A stretch of DNA of 63,977 nt, counting the filler, from Octopus bimaculoides (Eukaryota), in assembly GCF_001194135.2 (NCBI RefSeq). It is 5 parts of 5 records of this genome, joined end to end, with 100 filler letters (N's around TTAATTAATTAA, not from the genome) between each part and the next. Parts side by side here need not be neighbours in the genome. Positions count along the whole stretch, not along the records: positions 46,042 to 62,666 come from NC_068988.1; 4 more parts are not named here. One strand, given 5' to 3'. The position numbers were made by a program, and so were the translations under genes. The notes below the pieces were generated by a model. It was not told the DNA's origin. It searched no databases and was given only the letters and a program-made list of their open reading frames with translations. Below are positions 48,736 through 62,249 of this stretch, in pieces (positions within the stretch are counted from its first letter, which is position 1; every line of letters begins with the position of its first letter).

Positions 48736-50181
48736 AATAAGACAGTTTGATTCGGCTCAACAGATGCATTGAGAATTAAATTTTCTCAGACTGCGTTTCT
48801 GTATAGGAAACCGGTGGCGCCTTGCTATTTGGCTGGTGTTTGAAGGCACTTGCGAACCATCAGATACATGAACCAGCGCGAGTGTGTGTTACCACATGCA
48901 TCAGTGAGTAGACGTAGGTGCCTGATGTGTATGCGTGTGTATGAGTGATGTATGTAGTAGGATGCACGCGTACGTGCGCAAGTTACATTTTGCATTTATT
49001 ACTTTAAACGTGCTCGCACGATGAAATAAATTCAATTTTGACGCCTGTTGAAAAATTACCTTGGTTCAATATATAATAATCTCCTTAAACACGGGAGAAA
49101 TCAATTCATGATAATATGGAGTTTATACAGAATTTATGGCGCCAAAAGTTGATCGTTAGAGTTTCAAGACATCAGGTACTTTGGTGTAAACGTCATCAGT
49201 CACGTGTTTACAAAGTTCGTACGCTTTGTACGCTGTTAGTTAATTTTAACTCCACAATTAAGCATTCGTTCTTGTGGGAAACTTCATACAGTGTGCACCT
49301 GTTAATATTTTTCTATCTACCACCATTTCATGCCCGATAATTGTAGTGTATTGTAATTTCACCACGCTGAAAGTGCATGTGAGCCTACGATATGGTGTGT
49401 TTGTCTAGCCAGTATAACAGTAGAATAGTTATGATCGTGAAGTTGCAACTTTTGCACGTATATATATATATATATATATATATATATNNNNNNNNNNNNN
49501 NNNNNNNNNNNNNNNNNNNNNNNNNNNNNNNNNNNNNNNNNNNNNNNNNNNNNNNNNNNNNNNNNNNNNNNNNNNNNNNNNNNNNNNNNNNNNNNNNNNN
49601 NNNNNNNNNNNNNNNNNNNNNNNNNNNNNNNNNNNNNNNNNNNNNNNNNNNNNNNNNNNNNNNNNNNNNNNNNNNNNNNNNNNNNNNNNNNNNNNNNNNN
49701 NNNNNNNNNNNNNNNNNNNNNNNNNNNNNNNNNNNNNNNNNNNNNNNNNNNNNNNNNNNNNNNNNNNNNNNNNNNNNNNNNNNNNNNNNNNNNNNNNNNN
49801 NNNNNNNNNNNNNNNNNNNNNNNNNNNNNNNNNNNNNNNNNNNNNNNNNNNNNNNNNNNNNNNNNNNNNNNNNNNNNNNNNNNNNNNNNNNNNNNNNNNN
49901 NNNNNNNNNNNNNNNNNNNNNNNNNNNNNNNNNNNNNNNNNNNNNNNNNNNNNNNNNNNNNNNNNNNNNNNNNNNNNNNNNNNNNNNNNNNNNNNNNNNN
50001 NNNNNNNNNNNNNNNNNNNNNNNNNNNNNNNNNNNNNNNNNNNNNNATATATATATATATATATATATATACACTATATACATAAGTGTGTACAGAGAGA
50101 GAGAAAGAGAGATAAATAGATAGATATATGCATACATACATACCTACATACATACATACATACATACATAGACAGGCATGC

Positions 50182-50228
<47 letters not shown>

Positions 50229-50232
50229 TAGG

Positions 50233-50290
<58 letters not shown>

Positions 50291-50415
50291 TCTTAATACA
50301 CTCATACACACACACGCAGGTACACAAAAACAACATTTTTAGACACTGAAAAATGTCGATCGTGATGCGTAACTTCATCTTACTTTATACTATCCACGAC
50401 ATGAAATATATAATT

Positions 50416-50452
50416 GCTTCCATGGTAACAAGCTTAACTTTCTGGTAGCAGC

Positions 50453-50507
<55 letters not shown>

Positions 50508-50775
50508 AATTAACCTTATCTGCTCCGTGGAAACAGCCTAACACTTTATAGTCTCCGTAACAATGAAGTTAACGTTATCGACTTCATAACAGCAAAGGTA
50601 ATCGTCATTGTCTCCATGGCAACAAACTTTAGATAAGATTATTCGACTGACACTGTGGTTGATCATAAACAGAAATTTAGATTGAAGTAGTTGCAATGGT
50701 AATTAACATTTGGGTCTTTAATTAACGACTTATGACTTCAAACATACTATTGGTATCATCAGACACGATGGAAAC
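50416..50775. promoter_or_regulatory. Cluster of RFX X-box-like motifs
   Basis: GCTTCCATGGTAAC (50416), TGCTCCGTGGAAAC (50521), GTCTCC-GTAAC (50551), GTCTCCATGGCAAC (50610, canonical), GTTGCAATGGTAAT (50690) and GACACGATGGAAAC (50762). Confidence 0.35.
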
Positions 50776-50807
50776 ATTTGCGAATAAGCGAAGAATTATT
50801 TCAGGCT

Positions 50808-50873
<66 letters not shown>

Positions 50874-51301
50874 ACATTAGTAGCAGCAGTAGTACTAGTA
50901 GTAGCAGGAGTATTTTTTTGCTGTTGCTTTTTGTTGTTTTGTTGTTCTTGTTAATAATACGTGGTAGTAATTTTCACTGCGAATGTAGCAGTAGAATATA
51001 TTGTCTTGGTGGTTGCATCCCTGTAATGGTGATAGGTAGAGGTGCTGCTTTCGGTGGGGGTGTTTGTCGTGGAGGTACTGGTCGTTGAGGTTGTGATTGT
51101 CATAGTGGAGAGTGGTAATTGGCGAGGGTGCTGAGGATGATCGTGGTAGTGATGGGGATGGTGGTTTTAATACTAATAATCGTAATGGTAGTACCATTTT
51201 CCTCCACTATGTTTTTAATTATACTTTGTCCTTTTAATGCACATCACCTGTCAGCTTTCATCCATTCCCCCCTCTTGTCTCACTTACATTAATACTACTA
51301 T

Positions 51302-51332
<31 letters not shown>

Positions 51333-51818
51333 TCATCCAGCTTTCATCCACCCCTCTTGCATTACCCATCGACCTTCGCATCACCCATCACCCTTCACAT
51401 TACCCGTCACCAATTGCATCTCCCATCCACGCTCTCATCGACCGTTTATTGCCCACCTTTCCAGTTTCACACCAATCACTATTCATAGTTCGTCTCATCG
51501 TAACATTACACCTCAACTCACTCGTCTTGTCGCAAATTGCCGACTTCTCAAAGTATAACTGACCATCAGCAATGTCAGTTATGCCACTTTTATGACTTAC
51601 ATAGGTCATAGGCACTACTACTTGCGACAGACATAGTTAATACAGCAAAACTTTCGAGATCGATGAAACAAAGTACTAGTCAAATCTTATAGTCGATGTC
51701 GACTTCCCCTCTCCACTCAAAATTAGAAAGAACTCTTATCAACACAATCCGCCCTCTCATCATCATTATCATCAGCCTTCTACTTCATCATCTTATTATT
51801 ATTATTATTATTATTATC

Positions 51819-51874
<56 letters not shown>

Positions 51875-51875
<1 letters not shown>

Positions 51876-52091
51876 GTTCAGTAGTTTTATTTTTATAACG
51901 TGCTTTCACTTCACTACCGAGCGCAGCTCTGTGTGCCATGGGTATGTGCTGTCGTTTGCTGTGGTGCTCTTATGTTTACTGTATTGAAAGTGTTTTGCGT
52001 AGAATGTGTGCAGTACCCAGTAGTGCAATTTTCTGTATGTTATATATATTTGTAAGTCCTGGTGTTTTTGTTATGTATTTGTCTGAATATT
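51875..52091 (-). mobile_element. 3' end of R4/Dong-like RLE retrotransposon with (AAT)n tail
   Basis: Encodes KYITKTPGLTNIYNIQKIALLGTAHILRKTLSIQ*, then a short 3' UTR and (AAT)n. The same family occurs at 61050-61224. Confidence 0.75.
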
Positions 52092-52436
52092 NNNNNNNNN
52101 NNNNNNNNNNNNNNNNNNNNNNNNNNNNNNNNNNNNNNNNNNNNNNNNNNNNNNNNNNNNNNNNNNNNNNNNNNNNNNNNNNNNNNNNNNNNNNNNNNNN
52201 NNNNNNNNNNNNNNNNNNNNNNNNNNNNNNNNNNNNNNNNNNNNNNNNNNNNNNNNNNNNNNNNNNNNNNNNNNNNNNNNNNNNNNNNNNNNNNNNNNNN
52301 NNNNNNNNNNNNNNNNNNNNNNNNNNNNNNNNNNNNNNNNNNNNNNNNNNNNNNNNNNNNNNNNNNNNNNNNNNNNNNNNNNNNNNNNNNNNNNNNNNNN
52401 NNNNNNNNNNTTATTATTATTATTATTATTATTATT

Positions 52437-52997
52437 GGGTGAGAGAGCAGTGCATGCCAACAAAGTGACACTGGAGTAAAATATACGAAGCCCATTATGC
52501 CCATCATGACTACCCGTCTGATAAGGGTACACCAGGCACATGCATCACAGCCATATGTACGCGACATGGTTTATCTCATATCAAGATAAACAGCGCATGA
52601 CCTCGCAGGTGGAGCCCAGTTAGAATTTTCTTCAGGTCGAGTAGCCCATCCTGCTCAAAAGGTCCCTAAATAAGGTTTGTTTAAGAATGTTGAGCAAAAC
52701 ACCCACGTTTCCAAAGGTGAATTATTCAAACCCTAAAGATTTCCTCTCAACGCATGGCTATGATGCTCCCCCACTACTTCTGCTCATGATCAGAGATGCA
52801 CATATCGTCAGCCACCAAGGGACATGCTCAACTGGTTAAGGTCAAACAACTTACAAGCAATTCTGTGGTATCGAGAAGAATATTTGCTGTAGACCATCTT
52901 TTTATACCAAGACAAAACAATGTACATGATAACACTTCCAATCAGTTAAGATCAGAAGCCATGAGAGCCACTGCCTGATATTGCATCAGGGCATTTA
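52437..52997 (-). mobile_element. ~560-bp non-coding interspersed element embedded in (ATT)n
   Basis: Unique-looking sequence bounded on both sides by ATT repeats, with no long ORF. The family is not identified and its orientation is inferred from the tail. Confidence 0.45.
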
Positions 52998-53016
52998 TTA
53001 TTATTATTATTATTAT

Positions 53017-53049
<33 letters not shown>

Positions 53050-53399
53050 CTTTTGTTGTTGTTGCAGCAGCATGAGTACTAGTAGTTGTAAAGCGGTGAG
53101 CTGGCAGAATCGTTAGCAAGCCGGGCGAAATGCTTGGCGCGATTTCGTTCGCCTTCACGTACTAATGTCAACTCCGCCACCACCACCCCCGAGGTCGACT
53201 TAGCTTTTCATCCTTTCGGTGTTCATAAAATGAGTACCAATGAAACCCTGGGGTCGATGTAATCGACTAGTCCCCTTCCACCAAATTTCAGGCTCTGTGC
53301 CTCCAATTGAAATTATTGTTATTATTATTTTTATATGAAAACTCACAGCTTATTTTGCTGGGTACGATGGAAAGTGTCCGCTGTCCACACCCTGCAGAC

Positions 53400-54120
53400 T
53401 AACGTGACACATGTTTACTGGTCATGCTTCAAGAACACTGCGAAGAATTCTTGAAGTTCCAAGCGATGCTGATTTTTGCAGGTGTTCTACTCCACATTTG
53501 CATCAATCTTTTTCAGCAATGTTGGTAGTTGAATGCTGATACTTCCAAGCGCACCAATTACTATTGGTACCATGTCTGCTCTTTTTATTGACCACAGCCT
53601 TCGTATTTCCCATGGTTGTTTATGTTTTCTTCTTTCACATAAATCCTATTGTCACCGGGGCATGCTATGTCGATTATCATACATGTTCTTTTTTTTTGTT
53701 TTCACCGCAACAGTGTTCAGTTTCCGATGTCCGGTCGGATGATCACACTGGATCATTGCAATTCTCATTTTCGGTTACTCCTTGTCGAATGTTTTCATAC
53801 TACGTCTTTGATTTTTGTAGGCTGTGATTTCCGCAGAGCACCCAATGGCTTATTCTTGCCACATTGTCATGTCGTCTTTTTGTATTCGCGTTGTGCCAAT
53901 TTCAGGCATTCGCTTACGACTTGCCATGCCATTTGAACCCTGCCACCACGCATTCTGCATTTGTGGCTATCGGCAATGTTGTCTATTCTGCACTTCATAT
54001 AGCTGGTCCTTAACAGTTATTCCAGAGCTGCGCATACAAGTGCTTCTGTCTTTATCTGCAGATCGCTCCTCCTCATCCATAGCAACTGTATCTGTCTTGG
54101 CGTTCACATCCCTTGCAAAC
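53400..54120 (-). mobile_element. R4/Dong-clade (RLE) non-LTR retrotransposon 3' half, decayed
   Basis: CRIDN..D.HKCRM (zinc knuckle), VVSECLKLAQREYK, RPDI, IIDIACPGDNRI (PD..D endonuclease) and P(I)VIGA-like end, across frameshifts. Confidence 0.8.
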
Positions 54121-54329
54121 TGATATGTAAATATCGAGCGCATTGGTTAATAGAATTTCTTTATTTGTGTTTTAAAGTTGTGTGGTAAGTAGCTTTCTTA
54201 CCAACCACATGCTTCCGAGCTCAGTCCCACTGCATGGCACCTTGGGCAAGTGTCTTCTATAATAGCCTCGGGTTCACCAATGCCTTGTTAATGGATTTGG
54301 TAGACGGAAACTGGAAGAAGTCCATCGTG

Positions 54330-54389
<60 letters not shown>

Positions 54390-56356
54390 TGTGGGGGGGG
54401 GTGTACGGCGAGCTTCCTTTAGCAAGATTCACTTTAAAGACGTTGGTGAGCCCGAGACTTTAAAATACGGTTTGTCAACTTCAAATACAGTCGGACTGAC
54501 TTTCATACCTTCTGATTGCGAAGCAAACTTCTTAACCATACAGCCATGCCTGCGCCAAGAATACAAGAAATTTACTAGCAAAAAGCCAAAGGTATTATGC
54601 TAGATCTCACTTCATATTTTAATAAATTAATGCTGAATGACTTGTTGTTCCAGACCATTCTGTTAACTCCAGAATATTATTACTTCAATGAAAGCATTTT
54701 TTCTCGGCATTATATTTCATTATTTCTTTCACTATATTTTAATTTATTGTCAAAGCTACTTCTTGAAAACGACTGAATGTCATTAATGTGATTATTATAC
54801 ATTTCTGGCGTCCTTTCCCAGTCGAAATTTCTGTTACTACTCTGATAATATTCATTGTATGTGATGTCAAGCGAATTTTTTTTTCTTCCCTTCATTTCAG
54901 TATTTTCACTGAAGCAGACATGTAAATATATACTCCCTCACTCACATGCTATATACTGTTGCTATGTTAATCTTGTGTTTACATACATACAGCCACTATG
55001 TAAATTTGAAATATACATACTGTAGATGCAAGTACTCATACATTTATTATTTATTTAGATATTGCGAAGCGTTAGCTATATTAGTGAAACTATAAGAATA
55101 TAAACACGTTCCATTTTTGCTCTCGATTTGCAGAAATAGGAATAGAGGTCTTCTGGCGGAATGTTTCACGATATTTTAACATTTCCTAGAGAAGACGTAA
55201 CCAATCACATTCTCCAGTCGGTAGCATAGGGATACGTTACTTTGCAGCTAAATGTATTGTGCTACGAATTCTCTGATGTGAGGTCGCTAAATTATACATA
55301 CATTCATACACCAGTTTCAGTTTTAACGTAAGTAATCACTGAAAGCTATGAATTATCAGAGATGGTTACGAGTTGAACAAAACATTTAGCAGTATTTCTT
55401 TCATATCTTAACGTTCTGATTTCAAATTTCAGCCGAAGTTTGCTTTGCCTTTCATCCTTTCAGTGTCGATAAATTAAAGCAGCAATCAAATACTAAGTAC
55501 GATGTAACTAACCTGCCCCTCCCCTCAAAATTTCTGCTTTTGTGCCACAATTAGAAAGACTCATTTAAGGTGGCATACTGGCAGAATCGTTAGCATACTG
55601 GACAAAATGTTAAGCAGTATTTATTCCGGGTTGCGTTCAGTTCAAAAGTCGGGAAACAAGGGAAAAAAACAGCTGGACTAGTCATGAATTGCAATAAATG
55701 GTCCAAATAAACCAAGACGTTTTGGAACAAATTCCTGGTCAACTCAACTGGCTAAGGTCAAGCAACCGACAAGGAAATCTATGGTATTGAGGAGAATATT
55801 TACTGTGGCCCGTCTTTTTATTCCAAACGGTCATAAGCCATGACAGCCATTACCTGGTACTGCATCAGAGCATAGAGCTAGTGGCTGGTCTTAGATTAGG
55901 CTAACGGTTATGAGAATGCATGTAATGCGAATAGAAATGAAAATTTTGAATTCAAACGTATTGCTGGAATACATTTTAATACAACTGTTTTACTTTGCTG
56001 TGCAAAATCACAAAAATGTTCATTCGATCAGTTGAACGTACTACCTCACTGCGTTGGAAAGAAAATCGTAAATTCGGACAATGAGCCGCGAAAACAAAAA
56101 AACCGAGATCCGCGTTTTGAGCCTTGTTTAACTTACATAGAGTAAATATGTATGTCTGTGCATGTATATATGTATATATTTATATATATAGGCATATGTA
56201 CATATTTATAATATATCTAAAAACATATATATGTATATATACATTTACATACATACACATATGTGCATGTATGTGTATTTATACGTGTGCGTGTGTGTAT
56301 GTATGTGTGTGTGTGTATGAATTTATGTATTTATATACTTTATATACGCGTGTATG

Positions 56357-56431
<75 letters not shown>

Positions 56432-58034
56432 CTTAGTAATCTGTTTGTTACGTTAGTAATCGTATTATCTACTTTCGATTCCTGTAACACGAAGCAAGTT
56501 GTATCTTTAACTAAGTTGCTTCATTTCAAGTTGTTGCAATTTATTCAACTAAATGTTTGTACCACATGAACGTTCGCGTAGTTCTTTCTCCCTTCAGTTG
56601 CAGTATCTACAAATCTCCTTACAAAAAGATTTAAACACACCTATAGCTAGTTAAAAAATACGCTATCTGATGTGATACATATTTGTGTATATACACCCAA
56701 ACACTACGGTATTGTTGACATACAGGAAAGCAATAGCAACCGTAATCAATAATAATTTATGTATGAACTAAACATTTTCCTCTATTACATTATTATGTTC
56801 CCTTTTTCAATGCACTAAACGTACTTGTGGCATACTGGTATATATTCAAATACAGCATCACTATATTTCCTCTGTTTCTATATAATTATATGTTTTGCCG
56901 ACGGAGTAGAAAATACTTCGCTGAGGAGATGTAATAATACCGAAACAAGTACTATGCTGTCACAAGATTGTTTGCAATCAAAAATTCAAGGCAAGTTATA
57001 TTTTCCATGATATCCCCACATTTCAATCAACCTTTCTTTTAAGAGTTATGATACCTGTTTGTTATTTATAGGTTTTCAACACATTTGTAGGGAGATTTTT
57101 GTCAATTAATCACTTAGATAAAAGGAGAGCGTTGCAGCTCACTTGAAGTACTGTAGCGCAGATGTAGATTAATAAATTAAATGAGAAATAAGGAAAGCTA
57201 ACAATGCAGAATTTCAAATAAAAACAAAAAATTATATTTCGGGCGCAAAGCCCCTCTTCAGAAGGATATAGTCAAAGAAATCCAAAAGGGCAGCATCTAC
57301 GTAAACACACATTTCTTTGACTATATCTTATTTTTTTTTTTATCTTTATGCATTGCTTGAAGCATTCTTTTTTTTCTCATTTCATTTATTATTCTAATCA
57401 CTTGATAATCTAAGTTGAACGAAGTTTTAAAATTCATTACACTAGACTATAAGACTCCACGTCACTGGTGTTGATTAAGCAGAACACTCACCACCAGGCA
57501 TTCTCCCTCCCCCTTCTCTGTCTCTTTCTTTCTCTTCCTCTCCCCCTCTCTCTCCCTCTTTCTCTCCTTTATCCTCTCTCATATATACGTATATACACAT
57601 ATATACATATATATTTTACATTTTTAATTTCATGCATGCACATTGTTTTTTAGCTTGTCGATTACACAGTATTGTAAGGATAGCNNNNNNNNNNNNNNNN
57701 NNNNNNNNNNNNNNNNNNNNNNNNNNNNNNNNNNNNNNNNNNNNNNNNNNNNNNNNNNNNNNNNNNNNNNNNNNNNNNNNNNNNNNNNNNNNNNNNNNNN
57801 NNNNNNNNNNNNNNNNNNNNNNNNNNNNNNNNNNNNNNNNNNNNNNNNNNNNNNNNNNNNNNNNNNNNNNNNNNNNNNNNNNNNNNNNNNNNNNNNNNNN
57901 NTATATATATATATATATATATAATACACACACAAAAAAAAATATGTATATATACATATATATTTTACATTTTTAATTTCATGCATGCACATTGTTTTTT
58001 AGCTTGTCGATTACACAGTATTGTAAGGATAGCT

Positions 58035-58811
58035 GGGCACCGTTTGTGAGAAAAACTGCGCCATGACGCAATTCACTCTGCCAGAAATTTTAAAACGACA
58101 TGCTATACTGCTTGGCATTCTCGCCGGAAGCTCCAATACGTACATTTCAGAATGTGTGGGTGTCAATATGAGGATGGTGCAATCTGAGGAGATGCATCGA
58201 GAGTGCTAAAAATCAAACATCCAGTCAACATCATGGTGTTTGGACTGATGACTTGTGACGGCGACGTTATGCCTCCATTCATCTTCCAACACGACCTCAC
58301 CCTCAACAGCGAGGCCTACATCAAGTGTCTGGAGGAGGTAGTGCTACCCTGGGTCAAGAGGGTGCCTGCTAGAAGACTCTATATCTGGTAAGAGGAATCT
58401 GCACCATGCCACAAAAAGCAGGAGAGCCAAATCATGTCAGACAATTTCTGCTCCACACCACTCCTAACATCTAGCTATCTAACTCCCTAGACTGCAACTG
58501 CCTTGATTATTATGTGTGGGGCATAGTTAAGCGAGAGACCAACAAAAGTCCTTGTAACACCAACGATGTTCTGAAGGCAAGGATTATGGCAGCATTCATC
58601 AGCTTAAAGAAGGAAACCATCCAGAAAAGTTGCAGGAGAGTCTGAGGTCGTCTGGAGGTCGTAGTTGAAGCCAATGGCGATTTTATTGAATAAATTAACT
58701 AAAGTATTTCAAGATATGTTAATGTAATTTCGGTAAAATGTCCGTTGAAATGAAATGTCAATGTTATTTTCATTTTGCGTAATTTGACAACAGTTTATTT
58801 AACGCACCCTG
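58035..58811 (+). mobile_element. Internally deleted Tc1/mariner of maT (DD37D)-like type, left end missing
   Basis: KIKHPVNIMVFG..TCDGDVMPPFIF...LN...YI..LEEVVLPW, then DSAPCH-like and NSLDCNCLDYYVWG pieces. The right TIR reads revcomp CAGGGTGCGTTAAATAAAC and is followed by TA repeats. Confidence 0.75.
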
Positions 58812-58855
<44 letters not shown>

Positions 58856-59149
58856 NNNNNNNNNNNNNNNNNNNNNNNNNNNNNNNNNNNNNNNNNNNNN
58901 NNNNNNNNNNNNNNNNNNNNNNNNNNNNNNNNNNNNNNNNNNNNNNNNNNNNNNNNNNNNNNNNNNNNNNNNNNNNNNNNNNNNNNNNNNNNNNNNNNNN
59001 NNNNNNNNNNNNNNNNNNNNNNNNNNNNNNNNNNNNNNNNNNNNNNNNNNNNNNNNNNNNNNNNNNNNNNNNNNNNNNNNNNNNNNNNNNNNNNNNNNNN
59101 NNNNNNNNNNNNNNNNNNNNNNNNNNNNNNNNNNNNNNNNNNNNNNNNN

Positions 59150-59182
<33 letters not shown>

Positions 59183-60205
59183 CACTATATATTATATTCC
59201 ATTATATTCCACTAAGCTAGCAGAATTGCTTCAACGTCGGGCTTAATGCTGAACGGTATTTGTTCCGGAATTTTACGTTTTGGCTTCAAATGCAAGGTTA
59301 ACGTTACCTTTCAACCCCATATACCAACTGTAAATATGGGGTTCAGGAACATCATCGATCCCTTACTGAAATCTATGGCATCGACGAAATCATTCCCTGA
59401 AAAGCCGCTGACTTTGTACATATATCAGAGACTATTATAAGCCAACACATAATACATAACTAACTTCGATTTTCTTCATTAATTTCTTCTTTCCACAACA
59501 TATATATATATTTATTTATTTACTTTGTTTTCATACTTTGTCTTTGTATTTAGTTTCCAAGATTGTTGATATGATTTTGTGTGCTTCATTTAAATTTATT
59601 TAAAAAAAAAATAAGAAATTCAATACTGACTTCCATTGTATAATAGTTACTTTCGTATAAAACAAAAATTTAATCATTGACATCACACGCCATTTTAATG
59701 TGTGCCACATACGTCATTGATCATTTACAGATATGACGTCATTCAAAGCAACGGCAACATCAGCAATGTTTTTGTATGTTGGAGGAGGTGTAGAAGCAAC
59801 AAGACTAACTGACTATCATCTAAGGAGATCTTTACCGTTTACATTTTCAGCAAATTAGAAATTCTGTTGAGACGCCAGACATGTTGACATTACGGGATGC
59901 TGGAGCCATTCTTTCCTCGTTTCGTAGTTGATTTCATTATTTAACATTCTCTCAAATTTATTTCACGGCAGTAATTGTATTAAGGCGCATATAAAATGTG
60001 CTTGTGTACACAGGCAAACACATGTATGTATGCATGTATGTATGTACGTTTAAATACATAAAGGCACGCGCGCGCACAAACAGTCACACACATACACATA
60101 CATATATTTTATGTAAACGAACACGTAAAACAGAAATACAGACACACATATGCACAGATATCGTACGTAGCGACACACACATATCATATGCATATTACAT
60201 TTGTG

Positions 60206-60237
<32 letters not shown>

Positions 60238-60361
60238 TTGTTGTTGCTATTGTTTGTGAGCATTTATGTACGTACGTATGTGTGAGTGTCTATATATATA
60301 TAAACATAAATACATAAATATACAAGCAGAGATGCTTGCACAAACAGATAGATAGACAGAC

Positions 60362-60419
<58 letters not shown>

Positions 60420-60428
60420 GTAGATAGG

Positions 60429-60474
<46 letters not shown>

Positions 60475-60922
60475 CTCAAGCGCACTTCTTATCCAACAAC
60501 AGATATCGGCATTATCACAGAATCAGTTCTCTTATGTGTATATTCGTAAAATGCACACATATACACATGCGTGCGAATGCATACATAAATGTGTGAGCGT
60601 ATGACTATCCGTGTGTGCACCCGTGTGATTATGAGACATACACATGAATCTCACAAGTTACATTTAATTCAACTTGCACACATTTACTCTGGGCATGTGC
60701 TCTGCTACTAACTTCAAATCAGTTATACCCCTATTTCACTGATTTCAAGTGAAATCAGTAAAAATTGCTGATGGCGAATTAATGAAGGGAGAGAGTGTAA
60801 CTTGCGACAGAGGCAGTATCAATACCGAAAGGTAATATTTATTCTGACTTAGACGTAGATAATTTACATTATTTACATTATTTACATTCGACGGATATTT
60901 GTCCTCATCTTGTTTGTTGTTA

Positions 60923-60966
60923 ACAGAACGTTTCGGCTGTTATTACCTCCGACCTTCTTCGGGTGT
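60923..60966 (-). ncRNA. Degenerate type-I hammerhead-ribozyme-like motif
   Basis: acac-CCGAAGA-A-GGTCG-N10-CAGCC-GAA-ACGT-T-ctgt. Full topology is present, with U4>C and stem mismatches. Confidence 0.45.
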
Positions 60967-61016
60967 CTTGGGGAAATTTCGAACCTGGGTTCTCATTCCT
61001 AAGGTATTTTTCTATG

Positions 61017-61448
<432 letters not shown>

Positions 61449-61489
61449 CATTATTATTATTATTATTATCATCATTATTATTATTATTC

Positions 61490-61561
61490 AGCTCACTGTC
61501 TGGAATCGCACTCGGAATTTTGGGGTTAGTAGCCCGCGCTCTTAACCACTACGCCATATGC
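61490..61561 (-). mobile_element. Very short tRNA-derived SINE head with (AAT)n tail
   Basis: The reverse complement reads GGCGTAGTGGTTAAGAGCGCGGGCTACTAACCCCAAAATTCCGAGTGCGATTCC, with A-box and B-box-like segments, no proper cloverleaf, and runs into (AAT)n. Confidence 0.6.
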
Positions 61562-61574
61562 TAACTCCAGTGCC

Positions 61575-61767
61575 GAGACCACCAGATCACATGATTTCGA
61601 TCTTCTTTGATCTCATTGGTGATGGACGTTCGACCGCTACAGATAGCGGCGACTCGTCTCTGCTAGGGATAGAGAGAAAATCGGTGCCAGCTGGTATCGC
61701 AATTAGCCAATTAGCTTGTTAACAAATGAGACAAATGAAGATCGAAATGATGTGATCTGGTGATCTC
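61575..61767. mobile_element. MITE-like element, ~190 bp
   Basis: 31-bp terminal inverted repeats GAGACCACCAGATCACATGATTTCGATCTTC with 2 mismatches. Confidence 0.65.
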
Positions 61768-62180
61768 TCTCCTAGCGATATAAACAAACAAGCTTGAATT
61801 CTGCACCAAAGGCCTATACGTGAGTTTCTCTCATGGCGTCTACCGCAGTAAAATTTCTTCTAACAGAACATCCACGTTTAAGTGGGAATAATTGAAACTT
61901 GAATGCATACCTATTTAAATCATTTGTGCTTTATATACTTCAATCTTACAGTTCCCTTCCGGGATATCTGTAATATTGTACACACATATATGTGCGCGTA
62001 TATTTCCTCCTTCATGGAAATTTCTCTCTTCTATTTCTCTTCTCTCCGCCAGGGAAATTTCCCACGTGGATATATATATATATATATATATGCAAATATC
62101 TATTATATATAAGCAAATGTATGAGTGTGTGTGTGTGTGTGTGTCTGTCTGTGGCTGTGTGTGTTTGTGTGTGTGTGTGC

Positions 62181-62249
<69 letters not shown>

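Noticed and set aside
56825-57010. Signal-peptide-like ORF (YFLCFYIIICFADG...) ending near a GC-type donor AAG|GCAAGT
   Set aside because: No in-frame ATG or acceptor after the upstream stop at 56816, and no recognisable homology.
57601-58033. Identical 84-bp direct repeat (57601-57684 and 57950-58033)
   Set aside because: It flanks an N gap and ends exactly at the contig edge, so it is most likely an unmerged overlap or haplotype artifact.
59714-59808. Minus-strand stretch encoding a PPPTY (PPxY) motif as a terminal exon
   Set aside because: Very short, weak polypyrimidine tract, and expected by chance.
61490-61561. Possible tRNA gene
   Set aside because: No acceptor-stem pairing or proper anticodon arm, and it runs into an (AAT)n tail. 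It is a SINE head.
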